The notes below the pieces were generated by a model, which was not told the DNA's origin, made no database searches, and saw only the letters and a program-made list of their open reading frames with translations. From an uncultured delta proteobacterium (GTDB taxonomy: Bacteria; Desulfobacterota; Desulfomonilia; UBA1062): 64,000 nucleotides of DNA. Shown here piece after piece: positions 21,798-31,254 of this stretch. A program made the position numbers and the translations under genes. Position 1 is the stretch's first letter. Each line of letters begins with the position of its first letter. The stretch covers positions 30,130 through 94,129 of the forward strand of contig CAWCTR010000002.1 in assembly GCA_963798485.1 (NCBI GenBank). Direction: 5' to 3'.

Positions 21798-22340
21798 ATG
21801 AATATTGGATCGATACTACGCAAGAAAAGAAAAGAGCGAAAGCTCATCTTAAAGACTGTGGCGGAAAAGGCCGGCATATCAGAGGGCTTTTTAAGCCAGG
21901 TGGAGAATGAGGTTAATTCACCATCGGTATATACACTCGTCAAGATCTGCAATGCCATAGGCATCGAGGCGGGCGATTTACTCAACCAGGCCAAGCAGAT
22001 GGAAAGGTTGATAGTAATCCGCAAATCGGAGTGGAAAGATGTTGAGCTGCCGCACACAGGGTTTATTACCCAAAGGTTTTTCCCCCCTGAGAACAGAAAT
22101 GTCATCGACAGCGCCGTATTGGTTTTGGAACCGGGAAAGAGCATCCCAGCAAGAAAAAATATCAAGAACGGCCAGGAGGTACTCTGTGTGCTGAAAGGTA
22201 TGGTGGAACTTGTGCATATCGACAAGACCGTAACACTTTCCGAGGGCGATTCCATACATTACTATTCAACCCCTGAGAAGGAGATGATCACCAACAAAAG
22301 CAAAGGTCTCTCCGTCGTCTTTTGGGTTGGAACAATTTAA
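21798..22340 (+). CDS. XRE-family HTH plus cupin transcriptional regulator
   Basis: VAEKAGISEGFLSQVEN...PS HTH; C-terminal cupin (VLKG..LSEGDSIHY). Confidence 0.9.
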   Translation: MNIGSILRKKRKERKLILKTVAEKAGISEGFLSQVENEVNSPSVYTLVKICNAIGIEAGDLLNQAKQMERLIVIRKSEWKDVELPHTGFITQRFFPPENRNVIDSAVLVLEPGKSIPARKNIKNGQEVLCVLKGMVELVHIDKTVTLSEGDSIHYYSTPEKEMITNKSKGLSVVFWVGTI

Positions 22341-22496
22341 TACAGTTTTATTTTTTAAGCACCATTTTTTACTTGAGCGTTTTTTTGAATCGGATGGTTT
22401 CTTATCTAAAGAAACATCCATTAATGGGATAGGTTTCATGAAAGCAACGAAAGCAGTGCGGATATACCTATAATTCCATGAGACGGGGGGATTCCT

Positions 22497-23933
22497 ATGA
22501 TCAAATTCAGTAAGCAACAGTTAAAGGTGCCCAAGTTGATGAGGCCGGTCTATTTGGTGTCGGCGGGACAGTCAAAATTCGACAGGGCCATGCCTGACAA
22601 ACGGACCGAGGAGCTTTGTGTGGACGCATTTACCATGGCGGCGGACCTCCTGAACATGTCGCCGGCTGAACTGAAGCGATATATTCACACATGCTACTAC
22701 GGACATTTTGCCGACCATTTCGGAGACCAGCTCCTGGGCGAAGCGGTCATACACGACAGGCTCGGCCTGGACCCGCTCGGCAATAGCGGCATAAAAACCG
22801 GCGGTGCAACAGGAGGTTCCACGCTCTGGGAGGCAATGAAGACCGTTGCTTCCGGGTATTCCGACTGCGTGCTCGCCATGGGATGGGAGAGGATGGACGA
22901 AGTCCCCACGGACGAGGGCAACTTCCTGATATCATGCGCTGCCGACAAGGATTGGGAATCTCCTCTGGGGCACATCTATACCGGATATTATGCCGTTATG
23001 GCCCAGAAATACTGGCAGGTATTCGGAAAGGCCGAAGATTCCTTCAGAAGGACCCTTGCCGAAATATCCGTGAAGCACCACGGCTATGCCCGCTTCAACC
23101 CCTTCGCCCATGGCCCTATGAAGATCACGGTTGATGATGTCTTGAAATCACCGGTAATCGCAGACCCATTGAGGGCTCTGGATGCGTGCCTCATGAGTGT
23201 AGGCGCTGCGTGCGCTATCATTTGCGACGAGGATACGGCAATAAAGCTGACAAAGAATTCCAAGAATACGCCGCTCAGAATCTGGGTGGCGGCCGGCTCC
23301 CACACCCTGCGTCCTGCGGACAGAAGGGACATGGAGATACCGCTTCTGCCCAACGAGAGAGCGGATCAGTACAAAAATTTGGGGAAAGAATTTCCCGGTG
23401 GTGAACGTTATCCCGGCTTCAGCGGATTTCTTGCCGCAAGAATTGCCGCCTGGTATGCATATCGAATGACAGGTATTGTTGATCCCACAAAAGATCTCGA
23501 TGTGATCGAACTTCATGATGCATTCACCATCAGCGATGTGCAGACCTATGAAGATATCGGGATAAGACCCTATGGCCATGGACGTGAGTACGTGGAGTCC
23601 GGTGACTGCTATCATACCAACCCCAAGACAGGCAAGCCCGGCAAGCTTCCGTCCAACATCTCCGGGGGCCTGCTTGGATGCATGCATGCGGTGGGGGCGA
23701 CAGGCATTATGCAGACGTTCGAGATTGCGACTCATATCTGGAATCGCTGGGCCGAGATGCATGGCGATGAAAAGCTCTGGAAGAAATTCAACAGGAAGAA
23801 GCCATCGGACTGGACCAATCTGCAAGTCAAGGGCGCCAAGAGGGCACTTGCCATAAGTCATGCCGGTGTGGGGTCGCACGTGACGGCAACGATCCTGATG
23901 CATCCTGATCATTTATTGAAAAAAGACGCATAA
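22497..23933 (+). CDS. SCP2-type thiolase-fold protein lacking the canonical nucleophilic Cys
   Basis: Thiolase-fold motifs ELHDAF, NISGGLL and HAVGATG; GGATGG at the position where CxSG is expected. Confidence 0.85.
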   Translation: MIKFSKQQLKVPKLMRPVYLVSAGQSKFDRAMPDKRTEELCVDAFTMAADLLNMSPAELKRYIHTCYYGHFADHFGDQLLGEAVIHDRLGLDPLGNSGIKTGGATGGSTLWEAMKTVASGYSDCVLAMGWERMDEVPTDEGNFLISCAADKDWESPLGHIYTGYYAVMAQKYWQVFGKAEDSFRRTLAEISVKHHGYARFNPFAHGPMKITVDDVLKSPVIADPLRALDACLMSVGAACAIICDEDTAIKLTKNSKNTPLRIWVAAGSHTLRPADRRDMEIPLLPNERADQYKNLGKEFPGGERYPGFSGFLAARIAAWYAYRMTGIVDPTKDLDVIELHDAFTISDVQTYEDIGIRPYGHGREYVESGDCYHTNPKTGKPGKLPSNISGGLLGCMHAVGATGIMQTFEIATHIWNRWAEMHGDEKLWKKFNRKKPSDWTNLQVKGAKRALAISHAGVGSHVTATILMHPDHLLKKDA

Positions 23934-23945
23934 AGGAGAAAAACG

Positions 23946-24536
23946 ATGAGCATGTTCGGACAGGTATATGTAAAGAACAACCAATATAAGATAAAGGGTA
24001 ATTTCCACCACCTTACCCCCAATATGCCGATAAGGAATGCCGACGACGGCTGGAAGCTCATGGGGGTAACAAACCCCAGGGATATGACGTATATCCATTC
24101 ATACGGCGGTGAGGCCATATTTTTTGAATCTCTCTCCCATGGAAAACTGATGGCCACCAAATGTATCAATCCGAAATGTGAATCCAAGGGCTCCATTTAT
24201 CAGCCCTTCAGGATCTTCTGCCCCGATTGCCTGGGAAAGAACTCGGTAATAGATATGACGGAGGTCGCACAAAAAACCGCGAAGATCCATACGTTCATGG
24301 TGTGCGAGAGATCGGGTGCCTTCAGCCTGCTCGATAAGCCCATCAAATTCATCAACATTGAATTCGACGGCGTATGCACCATTTTGATGAGCTATCTTGC
24401 AAAAGGCGACCCGAAGATAGGGATGAAGGTTGTACCTATATTCCAGAAAATGAATCCGACTTACACAATCCTGGATCTGGCTTGGGTCCCAAAAGGTACC
24501 AAGGCTGACTCTCTGCCACAAGGATTTTCATTTTAA
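23946..24536 (+). CDS. DUF35 Zn-ribbon/OB-fold protein
   Basis: KLMATKC...C......PFRIFCPDC Zn ribbon; IGMKVVP.F OB-fold end; directly downstream of the thiolase-fold gene. Confidence 0.85.
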   Translation: MSMFGQVYVKNNQYKIKGNFHHLTPNMPIRNADDGWKLMGVTNPRDMTYIHSYGGEAIFFESLSHGKLMATKCINPKCESKGSIYQPFRIFCPDCLGKNSVIDMTEVAQKTAKIHTFMVCERSGAFSLLDKPIKFINIEFDGVCTILMSYLAKGDPKIGMKVVPIFQKMNPTYTILDLAWVPKGTKADSLPQGFSF

Positions 24537-24596
24537 ACGACTACTATATGCGGATGCTACTAGGCTGAATATTTTCCCCATGACTTGGAGGAAGCT

Positions 24597-25754
24597 ATGT
24601 GTGACTTTGGATTATCAAGCGAACAAAGGCTTCTCCGTCAAAACATCAGGGAGTTTGCCGAGAACGAGATAGCGCCGGTTGCGCAGCAACTTGATGAGAC
24701 GGAAACATTTTCAATCGAGCTTACCAGGAAGATGGCCGGCCTGGGGCTCTTCGGAATCGTGGTTGCCGAGGAATATGGCGGCGCCCACATGGATTACCTG
24801 GCATACATAATCGCCATAGAGGAGATAGCCCGCATCGATGGCTCCCAGGCGGCTACGGTGGCGGCCGCCAATTCGCTGGGCATCGGCCCCATATACTACT
24901 TCGGAAACGAGGATCAGAAGCAGGAATGGCTGCCCAGACTGTGCAGGGGTGAGATACTGTCATCCTTCGGCCTCACGGAAGCCAATGCCGGTTCCGATGC
25001 CGGTGCCAGCAAGACAACGGCCAGGCTTGAGAACGGCCAGTGGGTGGTAAACGGCAGCAAGATTTTCATAACAAACTCGACGTCGGCACTCTCAGGAATC
25101 TGTACGGTCCAGGCCATCACCGGGAAGAAACCCGACGGCAAGAAAGAGGTTTCCTGCATACTCGTACCAAACGGCACCCCCGGGTTCACAACAAAGAAGA
25201 TGACCGGGAAGATGATGTGGAGATCTTCTGACACAGGAGAGCTGTACTTCGATGACTGCCGGGTCCCACAGGAGAACCTGCTCGGAAAACGGGGAGACGG
25301 CTTTCACCAGATGCTCTCAACGCTGGACAACGGCAGGCTCGCTATCGCGGCCATGGGGCTGGGTGGGGCTCAGGGGGCGTTTGAGCTGGCACTCAAGTAT
25401 GCAAAAACCCGAGAACAGTTCGGCAAGCCCATATCTTCCTTCCAGGTCAACGCCTTCAAGCTCGCCGACATGGACACCGAGATCGAGGTTGCCAGGGACC
25501 TGCTCTACAAGGCATGCAAGCTGAAAGACTCTAGCTTGCCCTTCCGCAAGCTTGCCGCCATGTCGAAGCTCTACTGCGCCGAGATGATGGGTCGTGTGGT
25601 GGACCAGGCCGTCCAGATACACGGCGGTTACGGCCTCATGAAGGAATACAATATCGAGCGCTTCTTCCGGGATTACAAGCTGCTGACCATCGGTGAGGGA
25701 ACATCTGAGATCCAGCGTGTCGTTATCTCAAGGGAGATCGGATGCTACTCATGA
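24597..25754 (+). CDS. Acyl-CoA dehydrogenase
   Basis: FGLTEANAGSD, NGSKIFITN, R.QFGKPI, QIHGGYG and IGEGTSEIQR; start placed at the ATG after the GGAGG RBS. Confidence 0.92.
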   Translation: MCDFGLSSEQRLLRQNIREFAENEIAPVAQQLDETETFSIELTRKMAGLGLFGIVVAEEYGGAHMDYLAYIIAIEEIARIDGSQAATVAAANSLGIGPIYYFGNEDQKQEWLPRLCRGEILSSFGLTEANAGSDAGASKTTARLENGQWVVNGSKIFITNSTSALSGICTVQAITGKKPDGKKEVSCILVPNGTPGFTTKKMTGKMMWRSSDTGELYFDDCRVPQENLLGKRGDGFHQMLSTLDNGRLAIAAMGLGGAQGAFELALKYAKTREQFGKPISSFQVNAFKLADMDTEIEVARDLLYKACKLKDSSLPFRKLAAMSKLYCAEMMGRVVDQAVQIHGGYGLMKEYNIERFFRDYKLLTIGEGTSEIQRVVISREIGCYS

Positions 25755-26752
25755 CAGAGGAAAAAGACAATGAATTAAAATCCGGGCAGAACGAATTATT
25801 CTCCAATCCTGACGCGGATGCTGCCAGGGAATTTTTCAGAACAAAATCACGGGCACTGAAGCCGAAACTCTCAACGGTTGAAGAAGTCGTGAGGACATTG
25901 GTACATGACGGCGATTATATCGGAATTGGTGGGTTCGGCGCCAACAGGATACCCACGGCAATTCTTCACGAGATGGTAAGGCAGGGGAAAAAGCATCTGG
26001 GTCTCGCGGGTCATACCTCCACACATGACTTCCAGATCCTTGTTGCGGGTGAATGTTTTGACCGGTGTGATATCGCATATATAATAGGCCTTGAGGCGCG
26101 TGGACTTTCTCCCAATGCAAGACGGTACATCGAAAGCGGCAAGGTGAAGATCACCGAATGGACCAACGCGACACTTTCCTGGCGTATAAAAGCGGCTGCT
26201 ATGGGGCTTTCCTTTCTACCGGCCAGGAACATAATGGGGACGGATACATTCAAATACAGCGCAGCGAAAGAGATAATCTGCCCGTTCACCGGACAAAAGT
26301 ACGTTGCGCATCCGGCGCTGTATCCGGACTTTGCCGCCATCCATGTGCACGAGAGCGATATCTACGGCAACGCACACGTATATGGGGCCTCTGTCTCGGA
26401 CCAGGATCTGGCAAAGGCCTCCAAGCGCGTCGTCCTTACCACGGAGAGGTTAATCTCGACCGAGAAGATCCGTCAAAATCCGGAAGCGACCTTTATTCCC
26501 TTCTGGTGTGTCGACGCCGTCATTGAGGTTCCCTATGGAAGCTATCCAGGTAACATGCCCTATGAGTACTTCTCGGATGAGGAGCACCTGAGAGAGTGGC
26601 TCACCATTGAAAAGGACCCGGATGAATTCAAAAAGTTCATTGAGAAGCAGATATATAGGACCAAGAATTTTTATGAATACCTCGAACTCAACGGCGGCAT
26701 AGAGAAGATGAAGAAGCTCCGGGCCATAGAGCTCTTAATCGATAAAAAGTAG
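25751..26752 (+). CDS. gctA: Family I CoA-transferase subunit A (glutaconate CoA-transferase-like)
   Basis: DGD.IGIGGF..NRIP, AAAMGL.FLP, CPFTG and D.YGNA motifs; ATGA overlap with the ACAD. Confidence 0.8.
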   Translation: MTEEKDNELKSGQNELFSNPDADAAREFFRTKSRALKPKLSTVEEVVRTLVHDGDYIGIGGFGANRIPTAILHEMVRQGKKHLGLAGHTSTHDFQILVAGECFDRCDIAYIIGLEARGLSPNARRYIESGKVKITEWTNATLSWRIKAAAMGLSFLPARNIMGTDTFKYSAAKEIICPFTGQKYVAHPALYPDFAAIHVHESDIYGNAHVYGASVSDQDLAKASKRVVLTTERLISTEKIRQNPEATFIPFWCVDAVIEVPYGSYPGNMPYEYFSDEEHLREWLTIEKDPDEFKKFIEKQIYRTKNFYEYLELNGGIEKMKKLRAIELLIDKK

Positions 26753-26762
26753 GGGTGCCACA

Positions 26763-27533
26763 ATGGCTGACTATAATCAGATCGAGCTCATGATCTGCGT
26801 CGCGGCAAGAAATCTGGAGGACGGATCAACTGTTGTGGTCGGCACAGGGGCCCCATGCGCTGCTGCAATGCTCGCACAGAAGACCCACTCACCCAACATC
26901 TGCATACTGTTTGAGGCAGGGGGGGTAGCGCCGATCCTTCCCGCCATGCCCATATCGGTGGGGGACTCTAGGACGTTCCATAAGGCTATCATGGCGAGTT
27001 CTATGCCCGAGATAATGGAAACGTGCCAGCGAGGGATGGTCGATTACACATTTCTGGGCGGTGCCCAGATCGACATGTATGGAAATATCAATTCCACCAT
27101 GATAGGCAAGGACCATTCCAAGCCCAAGGTAAGATTCCCGGGATCGGGAGGGGCGAATGACCTTGCTTCGCTCTGCTGGCGCACCATGATGATGACTGTG
27201 CAGGATGCAAAGCGTTTTACGAATGATATCGATTTCATCACATCGCCGGGATACCTCCAGGGTGGTAACTCACGTTATGAAGCGGGACTCCCGAAGGGAA
27301 CAGGTCCTTACAGGATAATCACCCATATGGCCATCATGGGATTTGATGATGAGACCAAAAGGATGAAGGTCCTCTCCATAAACCCCGGGTACACCAGGAA
27401 GGATGTCCAGGACAACTGTGGTTTTGAACTGCTGTGGTCTGATAATATTACGGAAACCGATCCGCCGCATAAATCCGAGCTTCGGATACTGAGGGAAGAA
27501 GTCGATCCCAACAGATATATCATAGGAAGGTGA
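26763..27533 (+). CDS. gctB: Family I CoA-transferase subunit B (glutaconate CoA-transferase-like)
   Basis: VGTG.P, LFEAG (catalytic Glu kept), FLGGAQID.YGNINST and PGSGGAND motifs. Confidence 0.82.
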   Translation: MADYNQIELMICVAARNLEDGSTVVVGTGAPCAAAMLAQKTHSPNICILFEAGGVAPILPAMPISVGDSRTFHKAIMASSMPEIMETCQRGMVDYTFLGGAQIDMYGNINSTMIGKDHSKPKVRFPGSGGANDLASLCWRTMMMTVQDAKRFTNDIDFITSPGYLQGGNSRYEAGLPKGTGPYRIITHMAIMGFDDETKRMKVLSINPGYTRKDVQDNCGFELLWSDNITETDPPHKSELRILREEVDPNRYIIGR

Positions 27534-27612
27534 TGAGTTGAGGCAGAAGCTCGATTGAGGCACACCGTGAAATTCCAGAAGGCGCCTCTTTACAAAAGGC
27601 CGGAAGGATGAA

Positions 27613-28440
27613 ATGAGATCGGGCCGAGCACTCGAAAAATTTGTCTTGTATCTCAAGCGACATCGCGTCGGCAAAGGAACCATATTGATCGAGTCCCCCA
27701 AACGCCTTCGTGATAAGTCAACAGGCCGCCTTTGCAAACATGATGTTGTCCTGACAATCAATTCCGGAAATCATGCGGTGCTGGTTGCAATTGAATACCG
27801 GGAACAAAGCCGGCCGGTCGGACTGTCTCAACTTGAGGCATTTGCTCAAAAGTGCTCGGCAACATCCATGAACAAATCCGTTATTGTCTCTTCCAGCGGT
27901 TTTACCAAAACCGCACTTTGCAAGGCAAAGGCACTTGACATACATTGCCTGTCTCTTGAGCAAATCAAGAGTTTCCCTTGGTTTCATTGCGTGACGAAAC
28001 TCTGTCAGATTCGAACGAATTACACGCACATCGATTTTGCGATTATCCCCGAGAAGGACTTTGTGAGAAAGCCTGTCTCATTCACGCTCATAAACGATGA
28101 TGGCCAGACTATCTCCCCTGATGATTTACGTGACTACCTGCTTGCAGCCTTGATCCAACGACAGAGAGATTCTTCTGATCTTCAGCCTGGAGATAAAGTT
28201 GAGCGCATCAGAACGTTTCCAAGGAATCTCAGCATCATTGATACCGATACGGGCATAACCCGGAAAGTACAGCAAATCAGCGTGGTCGCATACTGCAAGA
28301 GTGAAAAGATGGAACAGTCTTTTTTATTGCAGGAGCAAAGAGATACCAAGTCCAACACCCATTATGCCCAGTTCCCGCAACTATTGAACAAGCCCGACTT
28401 CAGTGATGTTGGAATAGTTATGCGTAAAAGTAAAAATTAG
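27613..28440 (+). CDS. Mrr_cat-like restriction-endonuclease-domain protein, possibly degenerate
   Basis: HDVV..VAIEYRE..RPVG....EAF....IVSSSGFT..A pattern of Mrr-type PD-(D/E)xK domains. Confidence 0.65.
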   Translation: MRSGRALEKFVLYLKRHRVGKGTILIESPKRLRDKSTGRLCKHDVVLTINSGNHAVLVAIEYREQSRPVGLSQLEAFAQKCSATSMNKSVIVSSSGFTKTALCKAKALDIHCLSLEQIKSFPWFHCVTKLCQIRTNYTHIDFAIIPEKDFVRKPVSFTLINDDGQTISPDDLRDYLLAALIQRQRDSSDLQPGDKVERIRTFPRNLSIIDTDTGITRKVQQISVVAYCKSEKMEQSFLLQEQRDTKSNTHYAQFPQLLNKPDFSDVGIVMRKSKN

Positions 28441-28509
28441 GACAAAAGGGTGCAATTCTTTAACATTCCCCACATACATCGGGTGTTCTTCACGCGGTGC
28501 ACCAACATG

Positions 28510-28886
28510 TCAGAATTTCTTTACTGCGTCTCTCAGCAGCTTGCGTGCTTCATCTGAATACCAGCAATCAATGAACTCCTGTGTCTTCTTTTCTCCTGAT
28601 ATGAGAAAACGCTTTTCGACTTCTTCTGTCCGATTCTGTTTTATTAATGCAAATGCACCGAGAGGCCAAGAACCTATGCATTTTGCATTCCTAACGGCAT
28701 GCTCTTTTACTTCACCTGTCGGGAAAACCTTGTCAACCAGGCCCATCTGCAGGGACTCCATCGGCCTATAGAATTCCCCGGTATCTATTATCTCCTTTGC
28801 AATACGGGTACCCACGATATCCCTCAGCACGCAGTCGGCAAGATAAGGGACAGGGACCCCAAGCTTGATTTCATTCAGCCCCATCC
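28510..28886 (-). pseudogene. C-terminal remnant of an enoyl-CoA hydratase/isomerase
   Basis: Recognisable only from MGLNEIKLGVPVP onward (G..Y...E....GLVD); the N-terminal half is missing. Confidence 0.7.
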
Positions 28887-29042
28887 ATATCACACTCTGC
28901 CCGGTCATATACCCGGATAGATGACAGGTCAAACTGCACAAACTAATCTACCGCATTATACGTTGTTCATGTGTTGTTTGATAGGTGGAATTTCCTGTTT
29001 TGAAAGTTAACATAGTGATATTTACTACCGGAAAGGACCCCC

Positions 29043-29249
29043 ATGGCATTCATACGGATGAAAGGTGTGGAAGGATTAGTCTATGTCCCTGAGGATGATG
29101 CGGGCTTGAAGAAGCACCCATGCGAAGACTGCTACTTCTGCCAGTGGTGCAGTGATAACAGGTGTGACCTGTGTCTTAAGGGCAAAAAGTGCAAAAATAT
29201 CCAATGCCGGAGTGATTTGATACCCCCTGATAAGATCAAACCTGCTTAA
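29043..29249 (+). CDS. Small Cys-rich hypothetical protein
   Basis: 68 aa with AAGGA RBS; KKHPCEDCYFCQWCSDNRCDLC. Confidence 0.65.
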   Translation: MAFIRMKGVEGLVYVPEDDAGLKKHPCEDCYFCQWCSDNRCDLCLKGKKCKNIQCRSDLIPPDKIKPA

Positions 29250-29331
29250 TCTCTTGATAAATTGAGCCCGGGTGTTATCGAATTTATCATTCTGACGATA
29301 CTATCTATGAATACATCAGAGGAGAAACCGC

Positions 29332-29478
29332 ATGAACTATGGGCCCGAACTAATGATCAGTAATGCGATAAAAGAATTATTCCAGGTTATGACTGTATCA
29401 GCTGAAGAAGAGGCTAAGAACAATATCAAAAAGAATCTCGATAGTATCGTAGTCAAAGAGCGGATGTCAGCATCGTGA
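29332..29478 (+). CDS. Putative 48-aa small protein (below the ORF-track cutoff)
   Basis: GAGGAG RBS, then MNYGPELMISNAIKELFQVMTVSAEEEAKNNIKKNLDSIVVKERMSAS*. Confidence 0.4.
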   Translation: MNYGPELMISNAIKELFQVMTVSAEEEAKNNIKKNLDSIVVKERMSAS

Positions 29479-29524
29479 AGTAACTTTATTTTGATTCTTT
29501 AATTTTCTACCGTATCGTATTAGG

Positions 29525-30154
29525 ATGTCTATTGAGGTTAACCCCGCAATGAATATTTCCGGAGAAACCCGCCTTGGCCTCGCTATTGATGAAAACCAAT
29601 TACACCATCTTTTTCTTATCCTGCAGTCCGGGTTCTTCCTGAAGATACAGGTGGGCTGCACCTTGAAGACATTCCTCATGGTAGAGATCGGCCTCAACCA
29701 GGAATTCATAGAAGAAAGGATACAAACCATCTTTCTCGATGGTCAAGTAGTAGATGACCTGGGCTCTGCAATCATCAAGGACGGCTCATCCCTTGCCTTG
29801 TCTTCGGCCATGCCGGGACTTGTCGGGGCAGCCATGAGGCGGGGAGGCTTCTACGGTGCGCTGAGGTCATCCATAACCTACCGGGAAAAAGGGCAACCGG
29901 ACCAGTTGCATGACGGCACTGTCCAAATTAAGCTCTATAACCTTCTTATGGCTGATCTTGGACCGCTGTTTTTCCGGAAAGGGATTTATGTTTCATCTTC
30001 CTTTCTTTATGATTTTCTCTCTAAGCAGCCCGAATCTTTCTGGATGGGATGCAAGTGTATTATCCTGAACGAGAAGCCCATTACTAAGGATATGCTGCTG
30101 AGATCTGAAAACCGGTTTCATCCTGAACATACATTCCTTTTCTTAAGCCCTTAA
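29525..30154 (+). CDS. Hypothetical protein
   Basis: 209-aa ORF filling the gap; QTIFLDG..VDD..LALSSAMPGLVGA.MRRGG resembles a deltaproteobacterial hypothetical family (from memory). Confidence 0.7.
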   Translation: MSIEVNPAMNISGETRLGLAIDENQLHHLFLILQSGFFLKIQVGCTLKTFLMVEIGLNQEFIEERIQTIFLDGQVVDDLGSAIIKDGSSLALSSAMPGLVGAAMRRGGFYGALRSSITYREKGQPDQLHDGTVQIKLYNLLMADLGPLFFRKGIYVSSSFLYDFLSKQPESFWMGCKCIILNEKPITKDMLLRSENRFHPEHTFLFLSP

Positions 30155-30167
30155 AGGCAGAAAACCC

Positions 30168-31205
30168 TCACACAAAAACGCCTGCCATCCTTTTTTCGAT
30201 GGTCTCGGCCTCCCTCACGATCCGATCGAACAGTTCCTTGACCGACGGTTCATCGTGAATCAGGCCGGTACACTGGCCCACAGGCAGCACGCCCTTCTGA
30301 AGGTCACCCACCTCGGTTGCCAGCTGGAAGGCCTTGGAGGCATTAGCCAGGTAGGCAAGCTGCTTTGCGTTCTTCCATCCGGACAGCACTACGCCGATGA
30401 AGAGCTTGATGAATGGCAGGCGGAGCGTCTTCGCAATGTCCTGCGCATTGATGAATGCCGCAGGCAGGTTCAATCCGCGCCGCTTGACACGCTTGGCCGT
30501 ATCGGTCTTGAGGACGCGGCACCACAGCCCATCGATGCGCTTCGAGTAGAGGGTGTCCGTGACATCCTTCTTGATGGAGAGGTCTTTGTAATTCTGGTGG
30601 AGGGGGCTTTCCTTGGTCGTCATCAGCCTGGTACCCATTGCGATTCCCTCTGCGCCCAGGGCAATCGCTGCTGCAAGACCCCGCCCATCTGCAATGCCGC
30701 CGGCCGCCACCACAGGGATGGTAAGGGCATCCACAAGGCTCGGTATGAGGCAGAACGTGGTGACGAATTCACCGTGTGCAGCAGCCTCATTACCCGTGGC
30801 GATCACTGCATCGCACCCATATTCCTGTGCTCGCTTGGCGTGCCGGGCGTTTACCACGGTGGCCATAACCTTGCCACCGTATTTGTGGGCTTCCTGTACG
30901 ATCCAGTCGCCCTTACCCAGTGCAAAGTTGATCACAGGGACCTGCTCTTCCAGGAGGACCTTTGCAGATTCCTTTGCGCCCGGGAACAGCAGTGATGCAT
31001 TGGCCCCGAAAGGTCTGTCCGTGAGCTTTCGGATTTGTCTTATCGATTCCCTGGTGGTATCCTTGTCGAGGGGGCCTGTGGCGAGAATTCCCAGACCGCC
31101 TGCATTGGAAACCGCAGCCACCATCTTGGGCACACTGATCCAGCTCATCCCGGACAGCAAAATGGGATAATGAATCCCCAACATCTCGGTAATCCTGGTT
31201 TTCAT
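30168..31205 (-). CDS. Nitronate monooxygenase / FabK-like FMN enoyl reductase family protein
   Basis: MKTRITEMLGI.YPI, VSNAGGLG, EAAAHG, AAGGIADGRG and MGTR motifs. Confidence 0.88.
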   Translation of the reverse strand: MKTRITEMLGIHYPILLSGMSWISVPKMVAAVSNAGGLGILATGPLDKDTTRESIRQIRKLTDRPFGANASLLFPGAKESAKVLLEEQVPVINFALGKGDWIVQEAHKYGGKVMATVVNARHAKRAQEYGCDAVIATGNEAAAHGEFVTTFCLIPSLVDALTIPVVAAGGIADGRGLAAAIALGAEGIAMGTRLMTTKESPLHQNYKDLSIKKDVTDTLYSKRIDGLWCRVLKTDTAKRVKRRGLNLPAAFINAQDIAKTLRLPFIKLFIGVVLSGWKNAKQLAYLANASKAFQLATEVGDLQKGVLPVGQCTGLIHDEPSVKELFDRIVREAETIEKRMAGVFV

Positions 31206-31254
31206 AGTACTCCTCCTGGAAGCTCACTTAGGTTATTGACAAACAAAGGGAACA

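Noticed and set aside
25751-27533. AibA/AibB-type methylglutaconyl-CoA decarboxylase
   Set aside because: Subunit B keeps the catalytic Glu (LFEAG) of true CoA-transferases, which AibB lacks.
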